Shown: piece by piece, positions 56,150 through 64,000 of the stretch | How the letters are laid out: every line of letters starts with the position of its first letter | Position numbering within the stretch: position 1 is the first letter of the stretch | DNA from: Ruditapes philippinarum | Lineage: Eukaryota | Assembly: GCF_026571515.1 (NCBI RefSeq) | Contig: NW_026861002.1 | Span: 1-64,000 of the forward strand | Length of the DNA: 64,000 nucleotides | Direction of reading: 5' to 3' | Position numbers and translations under genes: made by a program | Notes under the pieces: model-generated | Database searches by the model: none | What the model was told of the DNA's origin: nothing | Seen by the model: the letters and a program-made list of their open reading frames with translations, nothing else

Positions 56150-58440
56150 ATCTAGTCCAATCATATAGTTTCTTCGTTTTAGGTCATGTTTCATCTATTT
56201 TTATTAAACATTTCGTAGAAACATTAGCTTTGCAAGGTTTCTATTGCATGTCAACGAACCAATAAAATGGCCTAATAGAAAAGCGATATTTATTAATGCA
56301 CGTGTATGGCTATTATTATCATCAATCATTTCTACACAAAGTAGAAAATTGATTAGAAAAATAGCAGAGCTGTTAAAACATTTAGAAAGTACATCATGGA
56401 AAAAAGTCGTTAACATCTTGCGTCGACCGTTTCTCTTTTATATAGCCTCCTTTGACATTTTTGTCATAAACCATTTAAATTTATTAAAACAAAAGAATAT
56501 ATATTAAAAAATATGTCCTTAAAAAGTCCCGCAGTCAATGTTTTGTCCATCCACGTCTTCTCCAAAGAAATGAACGAGCTCAAAATGCTTGAATAAACAG
56601 CGTTTTCAATACGAGTTGAATTTTGGGAATTTAAGGAATATGTTGCATAGGGGTAGATCTGGGTGGAAATGGCAAATTGGTAACCTTCTCCGACTTCATA
56701 AATTGCTTCACAAACTCAGATGTATGTGATAGTGCATTTACAAAGGAACATGTCTAAATGCTGACACAGGGTGTCGTTTCTGATGTTATTTCTTGATTTT
56801 CTTTATATATTGACCTGCAACACTTTTGTTATTCGTACGGTTTTGTACAGCTATATTTTCACAGGTTAAGAATATGCAATAAATGCATTCTTTGTGCTCC
56901 AAGTGCTTTTGGCAATTGGATGCCTTCTGCCGTGTTTGGTTCGATTTATTTTGTTTACAGTTTTTATGATGCAGTTATGATGGAGAAATTAGTGCACATT
57001 TTTACTTTCGCTTTCGATGTTTTGTGGGGCTATTCCTGGTGAACGTTGTACAACAGTGTAAGAAGTGTCTCTTAATATACCTTATCATAGACCTAAACTT
57101 ACCCCAATTTAGTACAAAGTGACTGGCTTTTGTGCGAACCTTTATATACGCTCTTATTTCTTTAGTATTCTGAACACGTTTCGGAACCATTTGTAAAACA
57201 GAAATCAACGACTGGCTCTAATAAAATTTAAAAGTATGGTTAGCTGAAGGCTCGAATTTATATCGTTGGGAATGTATCGAATAGAATAGAGCTATACAAG
57301 TGTATCACAATTTAAAGACATTCGTTAGTGCCAAAGCAAAACATTATCCTTAATAAAACAAACAACTAATAAATCCACAAACAACACCATCAACAAACAA
57401 ACCAGGAAGAAGTTAAATTCACAAAGAAGTGTGAGAAACTACATTGAATACTCAGACATTTAAAAGAAGTTTATCAGTTTATCACCAGAAGTTTAGAAAT
57501 ATGTCTGGAAATAAATGTTTTTAGAAGGAATTAATTCCCTTGATGTTTGGATCCGTGAAAGAACTTAATCATTGTCATTAGTTCGGTTCGTTTGTTTGAC
57601 ATTTCCTAGTTCCGGGTTCCTTAATAATGCAGTAATTTTTTGTGCAAGATTTCTATTGTTCAACAAACAATAAACATGTTAAAAAGTGCAGTGTTGATTC
57701 CAGATAATATGTTCCTGTTGATTATTTTCTCTCCGTATTAGCGTGCTATTTATATTATTGTACATCAATGACATCTTGTATATTTAGAATTATTTATAAA
57801 TATTGATTGCATGCACTTTCACTGCGAAATCAGTAGAGACATACAAATAATATGCCTTGCTTAACCTGAATATTTTATCGTAGTGTTCTCTAAAATCGTC
57901 TTGTAGGCTTAAAGACATAATCTAAAAGGCATGTAAGAAATGATTGCTCTTAATCAAATTGTGAGCGTAATTTGATAAATGCATTTATACAAATATTATA
58001 ACCGGAGCCATATCTTCATGTGGACTTTACGTTTTCCGACTTAACGTTGATCTTAAAATGTTAGTTTATTAAAAAATATACAGTAGTTTATTGAAGAAAC
58101 CAGCATGACTCCTTGCATGTGACATTGATAGGCTTTTCGACACACAGAATTGATTTGCTGATTTCATTGGAAACCAATACAATTCAAAGTTAATTAATAA
58201 ACTATGGTGATTTTACCGCTATATATGATTTTTTGCTCAATATCTGCAATCTATAAACAAACATAGGCATTTTCGCCGCCATAAGTTATGCGAGTAATAT
58301 CTTTTAGAAATGTGTACATTATGATAGCAAAATCACTAAACAAGCCGACATTAAGAAATTATCATATAAACCAAAACTAGTACTATTGCTGCTGCATGGA
58401 ATACGAAAAGCTACGTTCATTTAACACAACTTTATCTTCG
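56150..58440 (-). pseudogene. Decayed N-terminal coding region, copy B
   Basis: About 75 open codons VCEAIYEVGEGYQFAISTQIYPYATYSLNSQNSTRIENAVYSS..., with synonymous differences to copy A (gcc/gca, aca/act, gcg/gca). EPVVDFCFTNGSETC lies in a possible AG..GTAAGT exon at 57103-57217. TFLKDITRITYGGENAYVCL*IADIEQKIIYSGKITIVY. Confidence 0.58.
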
Positions 58441-58550
58441 ATTATCGTTATCTTTGTTATCATTAAAATTATCAAAAATATTTATTTATCATTGGAATTT
58501 GAAGACATGAGTTAACATATAAAGAAATCAGCATAAAACAACAAACCTAC

Positions 58551-58622
58551 CTTGATTTTTCACAATGATAGCACCGGAAGTCGCACAACTAAAGCAAGCA
58601 CCAATGTGCTAAAGGTGTGCAT
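58551..58622 (-). pseudogene. Candidate first coding exon encoding a signal peptide (disabled)
   Basis: ATG at 58622. MHTFSTLVLALVV then, with a 1-nt frameshift, ATSGAIIVKNQ, ending at AAG|GTAGGT (donor 58545-58550). The unshifted frame has TGA at codon 21. Confidence 0.5.
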
Positions 58623-58627
58623 TGAGC

Positions 58628-58662
58628 AGTGTAAGATACATGTATACATGTATATCTTTATA
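58628..58662 (-). promoter_or_regulatory. Candidate TATA-box core promoter
   Basis: TATAAA at 58662-58657, about 25-30 nt upstream of an Inr-like TTACACT and 40 nt upstream of the signal-peptide ATG. The AT-rich background weakens this. Confidence 0.35.
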
Positions 58663-59249
58663 TCCTTTACAGGGCCAGTATGTCATTAAATAAAATATTT
58701 TAGTATAAAGGTCAATAGTTTAACAATCATATGATGCTTAAGTGAATAGCTCTTATCTTTTATAGGGGCTTGATTGTCACCAGAAATAATTTTGTTCTCT
58801 TGACAAACCATATTTCATATTGAATCATAAGCGAGTAAGATAAGAGTGTAATAACCGTATATCATGTATCCATTATATTATTTTATCTTAACTATCAAGA
58901 ATGCTTATAAATAGTCCCTTTGTATTCTTTCTATATTCTATATTATTTTAACGGACTTTATACATTTATGCATTTAGGGGACCTTGCTAGCTAGTTATGT
59001 TTGAAAATTGTAGTTATCACTGTTTTAAAGAAATTCGTTCTTTCGTTTTGGTGTTGTTGGTTTTTGTAGTTTTTTGTGAAAGAATATGGTTCACTCTATA
59101 TCGAAAGTCAATCACTAAGATATTGAGAGTATTGGAATGTTGATAAAATGGTTTGTATTTCGATTCAAACTTGCTAATCGAACAGAGTTTATTACTTTTA
59201 TGACAAACACAACAAGTATCTTGTTTTATTATGTATGTACATCAATAAA

Positions 59250-61550
59250 ACTGTTCTTTCAGTTACATTATAATAAATGTGTGTTAACAATAGACATACT
59301 TTATGTAATAGAAAGAGCATCGAAACACGAGGCTATCTGAAGTGTCCCCTTAGTATGAATCAGATTGCCGAGTGTTTTGATGTTCTTTTATATCATAGAC
59401 AAAAATAGAAACACATTCCCTGTCGCCACAACATGAAACCCAAGAAAAAAGTCAACAATGAACTAGCCTCTCAAAATGACTTTTCTATCATTGTCCCTTT
59501 CTCTGCCGTCTTAATAAGTAAACCCTAAAAATATTAACCAATCAACCAGCATGCTCTATGTTTATCCCCGACAGACAGTGTGGTAACTGGAGTGCGGGTA
59601 ACTAATATCTACAGTCCAGTTATTGCATTGTGTATGTATGGCTATAGTAACTAACTCTGACACTTTTCAACAGAAAAGTCTCCAAACTATGATACAATAA
59701 TGATTTAATGAACAAAATAATACTATATGACTGATTGGTTAATCAAATATGCAGACAATTTGTTGTTTTACTTTCAATCGACTCGTAAAAATTCAATGGG
59801 TTCATGAACAATATTATCCTCTTTCTAACCCTCGGCAAAGAATATACTCCCAAGTACCAACACAATTATATATAAATTACTTTTTTGTAATGCGGACACT
59901 GATTTTTTACTAACATAAAAAGCCAAAAAATTAAAATCCCATTAAAAACGAAGATTACTACAAAAAGTTAATTACTTTTTATCTTGTAGAAACAACGCAT
60001 GATCGTATTATATCTCGGTAAGACGATATCAGACAATAAATGATATTTGTTGTCATATTTCCGCGTTCCTTATTTATCTTTTTAATTATCTCCCATTACC
60101 AAGGTACGTCATGACATTGTTATAGGAAACTTTATTCATTAGTAGTACAAAAACGGATCTTGAGAATGGACTATCAATATTCGATGGTTAACCTATGACA
60201 GTTAATGAGAACGAAGGCAACTGAAATATGGAAATGATGATTAGTTATGTCATAGAAAAGCTTATTATATGTTGCAGTTAGTAATAAAAAATGTAAGATA
60301 TTGCGATGATAAGTTGGAATCTGTAGTGTAAGAAATAGGAAACATAATCGGTAAAATAGAAAGTCATGTGGTTTTGTCTCCCATTTCTTCCTGAAATACA
60401 AGTGCTTATCTATTAATTTGTACAAAACATTCAGATTAAATATTGTCAAAACTGTAAACGTTTAAAGACCTAGTTGATATTTTACCATTATGATAGAAAC
60501 CGTTTTTATAAAATATACTTAGATTCTGCAGACCTCGTTGTAGAAGAATCCTTACAAAGGGTGTTTTTCCTATGTTTCGAAAAGAAATGTAGACATTTAA
60601 TACACATTGTAATGCTATAAACTAAAGTTCACCTTTAAAGTAAATCTAAAACTATTTTGTTTCTTGGTTTTTTATCATATTAACAATTGCTTACTGTAAA
60701 ATGATTGTTCTTAATTTAAGTTCTCATTTTAAGCGCTGTTGTTTTGATTTGACTGACATCAGCAAAAACGATCAAACGAAACTCAATATTGGAAACATTT
60801 CGAGTGTTAATTTGTAAGTATATGAATCGAGTGTTTTCGATTTTAAATTATTCATAAGTATTATGACTAAACCCTTCCTTGGTTTATTTTTGAACTTTCA
60901 ACAACAGAAATAAGATCAATTGAGAAAACTCAATTTAAAATAATAAGGTCAACCTAATTTTGGAAGAGTTTATCAAGTTTGAGAAAATACGGTACACTTT
61001 TTAGATATACCATTTGTTTTTTCATTTGTCATTTTCAATAAGAAAAGTTTGCTGATGATAGATAACTGATTGTATGGTTCGTCAATAATTTGTGCTTGTT
61101 TTAAAAGATAAACCTATCAGTAAATAGCCACTTAATTAGTTTTAGTTTTCCAATTTTAAGATAATCAATTTTCAAAATCATGCGGAAAAGGACATACTTC
61201 ATATATCAATAAATAAATTTCGATTTGAACAGAAATAAAAAGGAGACACAGATATTTTAAATCGGTCATTGACCTATAATCGAGCACTTGAAACACTCTT
61301 ATTGACCCCAAAAATTATCTATGTTACTTCCCGGCCTTACAAATTACAATTTTAAGTTTCGGTTAATAGTTTCATTATTGTTTTCAGGTCATTCATGATT
61401 ATTTTTGTCACATATATGATGGGTTTTACAAAGAGACAACGTCAGGTTTATTTTCCTTCTTTCTCCACTCCCATGCTATATCTATCCTCCTATGATTTGT
61501 CCGTATGTCGGTTTCATGACTTCCACCAGTTCAGTTACAAAGCTTGAAAT
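59250..61550 (-). pseudogene. Further, more diverged CUB-like remnants (probable neighbouring gene copy)
   Basis: TQCNNWTVDISYP; SCCGDRECVSIFVYDIKNIKTLGNL; YRLCFLFLTLQIPTYHRNILHF (ORF 60174-60449). 61265-61327 is homologous to 41137-41205 and 54197-54265. Confidence 0.45.
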
Positions 61551-62079
61551 TGAAAATATATTTTCGTTCGTTTGTGAACCACTTCTTTACTTTTATTTTA
61601 ATAATTTTTCTTATAACGAAATTCTAAACTCGTTCGATGTTCTTATTACGTAAAGCATGAGTTTTTTTCTAGTTGGGGCGTATGTTTTCTGAAATGCTAT
61701 CTTCTTTTACAATATACAATTTGTCTAGACAATTTATTTAAAGATGTTGCAATTCCTTGTTTAAATTAATTAGATTTATATTAAGTCAGATTAATTTCTC
61801 ATCGGCGTAAATCTAATTAATAATAATCTCAAACAAACTCATAAATAAACTAATAATGAATTTAATTATAAGTCTGCATATTTGCAGATGTAATAAAATG
61901 CAGTTTTCACAACGCAATATTTCTTTGACTTAGTGTCTTCTTGAATTTCTTTTCTGTTTTAAAGGTAGCGTGGTCTATTTGTACATAGGATTACAATGCC
62001 AATGCCTTGATACAAATATGATAACTATGATTGAGGTGGTCTTTTTGTTTTTGTATTGTGTTGTTTATTTGTTTATTTT

Positions 62080-62150
62080 TAAGGTCTTCTCCATCAGTAA
62101 AAGCTGGAATGCCATATGACATTTACTGTTATGGCGCCACGAAACCACAC
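62080..62150 (+). mobile_element. 3' fragment of the same SINE family
   Basis: aggtcttctccatcagtaaaagctggaatgccatatgacatttactgt matches the SINE 3' body. Confidence 0.6.
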
Positions 62151-64000
62151 TCTCCGCAAGAAAAATAAAAGATTTAACTACGATTAAGTAAGAAAAAAAG
62201 AGTATGGCAAAAATGAAAAAGTAGACCTTTATCTTAATTCGAGCAAGTGCTTATAAGTGAGAAGCTAAGAACACGTTGTCAGTGGATATCGTATTTTTAC
62301 TTGTTTCATTTTAGATAATGAATAGATCAACTGTTGTGTACTGACGTCGTTTAAGAATTTGCTATCTTTATTGAAAATGTTCTACATAAGATAGACCATA
62401 AACGGCACTAATGGTACTTCCGCATTGTTTTCTGTGACACAAAGCTAACAGTTCCACATTTATCATGTTGTGAGATTTGCCTTTATCTTGAAACGCTGAT
62501 AGCTAACAAACTAAGATGTATTTTAACTTTTGTAATGTGTAACTTGTTTGGTTATTTGTTTGGTGAAGTCCGGAAAAGGCATTAAATTTTCTTATTGTCA
62601 CTATAATTGTCCTTCTATGCAACTTATAACATACTTTGCAATTTGCATGAATGTATTATATTTTCACGAGTGAGTATAACCTGTCAAAATAAATTTTCTA
62701 CTGTCATCTATAATTGTTTGATGAATGAAAATCGGGATTGCTCTCATAACTCCAAATTTAAGCTCAGCTACACGAATCACATTAAAGTTACATTTGAAAC
62801 TAGAAGAAATCATATATTTTATAACTGTTAATACCTTGTTCCGTATCGGTGAAATGGTTATTTTTTTAATTTTAAAGCATCCGATCATGCAAATATAAAA
62901 TGATACATAATTTAAATAGTTTAAGGTTAAATAAGTGCAATTCATTGATATTAGTTTTGCATTCTTTCTAACCGCTAACAACAAAGGTTTGGGATAAGGC
63001 TTAAGCCTATGCTAGAGGCTTGAGATATTTTGCACATTTTAAATCTGTCATAAAGAAAATCAATCAAACCGAGTCTATAACTTCACCTATTTACTATTGT
63101 TGTCTTTGTTTTCCAGAGTTAATTTTTTTCCTTTTATTTTATATCAATTGAATAGGGGAAACATTGAAAATAGCTCTGCATTCTGTAACACATTTTAAAA
63201 GTTTTTTTTAATGGAAGTCAAGTTGTTTGACACTTCTTTCATACAGAAATCAAGTATGAACCCCACGGTTATGATGCTGTGGATAAAAAGGAAACTGACG
63301 CTGAATTATAACGGAAATAAGTGAAAGAAAATCATGATATTCGTAAAATAATATATAATATTCCATATTTAAATTATTGTTTTGATAATTGAAACATATA
63401 TTAATCAGATATATGACTCCTTTACTGTTTATATTTTCACAATGGGTACTAAAATGATTAAACACACGTTATGAAATGATGTTTTCTAATATAAACTCAA
63501 TCAGTTTTATCATTTCTTAAAAGGCTATCATACGGTTGGTCAATATGTTCCCTATAATAATGAGTTATCTAGATATTGTATAACGGTTTTGTTTTAGATA
63601 TAGTGCAGATGTATTAATATGATCTTAGAGAAGTTCAACAAGTTCGTTGTTGTGGTATAAAGTGCACTTTTAGATAACATTAAAGATAACATTAAAGTAA
63701 AACTGATCAATCAATGTATTGGTACTTATTTCCAGATTGTTTTTCTACTGTATGACGTCACTATTTTTACTGTTATCTCCGCTATGTTTTCAACCTGTGT
63801 TAATACAACTATAACCATAACTGTCATTTTGCATTAAATTTCACATAATTTAAAGCATTGAGTACAGAAAGCACGTTTGCCGTTTTTTGTTACTCTTCAG
63901 TCAAGCCGTCCTGGGCTTCGTTATCATGGTGGTACCAACGTGGGAAAAATCTAATACAGAAATCAATCACGCCAAATATACTTTACAAATTCATATTAAC

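Larger units (their letters stand above)
44862..58511 (+). repeat. Tandem segmental duplication, copy B (with TE insertions)
   Basis: Lacks the equivalents of ~38172-38797 and ~39844-40465; has extra ~54968-55628 and two TIR elements. Confidence 0.93.
3060..61550 (-). pseudogene. Decayed tandem array of divergent CUB-like domain coding sequence (pseudogene cluster or giant pseudogene), interrupted by TEs
   Basis: Minus-strand hand translations at many independent sites give CUB-like motifs: HAPVGFNVI*FRGYNVWLGCVTTRKLLEY (~14070-14160), YFELGAE..DCNIYEL..ELVKICTG (~3100-3205), VCEAIYEVGEGYQFAIST (~56660-56716), SGGVTRSAPVNYQK*KTCY (~17355-17415). Paralogous copies show synonymous changes and indels of 18, 3 and 12 nt. 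All segments contain stops or frameshifts. Confidence 0.68.

Noticed and set aside
59340-59570. Adhesion-GPCR-like ACWLI / GNVFLF transmembrane reading
   Set aside because: No neighbouring TM helices; another frame gives a longer CUB-like reading

Overview
AT-rich eukaryotic genomic DNA, most likely a bivalve mollusc (inferred from V-domain/RUDI-like and CORE tRNA-SINEs, an RTE-X-like LINE and a ~165-bp Helitron/HINE-type satellite). There is no intact host gene. The main result, not visible in the ORF track, is that most non-transposon DNA from about 3 kb to 61.5 kb reads as heavily decayed coding sequence on the minus strand. Hand translation across stops and frameshifts repeatedly gives CUB-domain-like motifs. 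Paralogous blocks differ by synonymous substitutions and frame-preserving indels, and a candidate TATA + ATG + signal-peptide first exon lies at 58551-58662. I interpret the window as a fossil tandem array of divergent CUB-like extracellular domains, built by repeated same-orientation duplications: older ~5-kb units at 20-37 kb and a younger ~9.6-kb tandem duplication, 35284-44861 versus 44862-58511. Inserted into it are a 5'-truncated LINE (6656-10835), several SINEs with target-site duplications (TSDs), two facing copies of a TGT..ACA TIR element, a nested IS3EU-like MITE, a CpG-depleted ~4-kb block and a newly formed perfect 79-bp palindrome. Domain and family names come from manual motif reading and need profile-HMM confirmation. 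Many boundaries are approximate.
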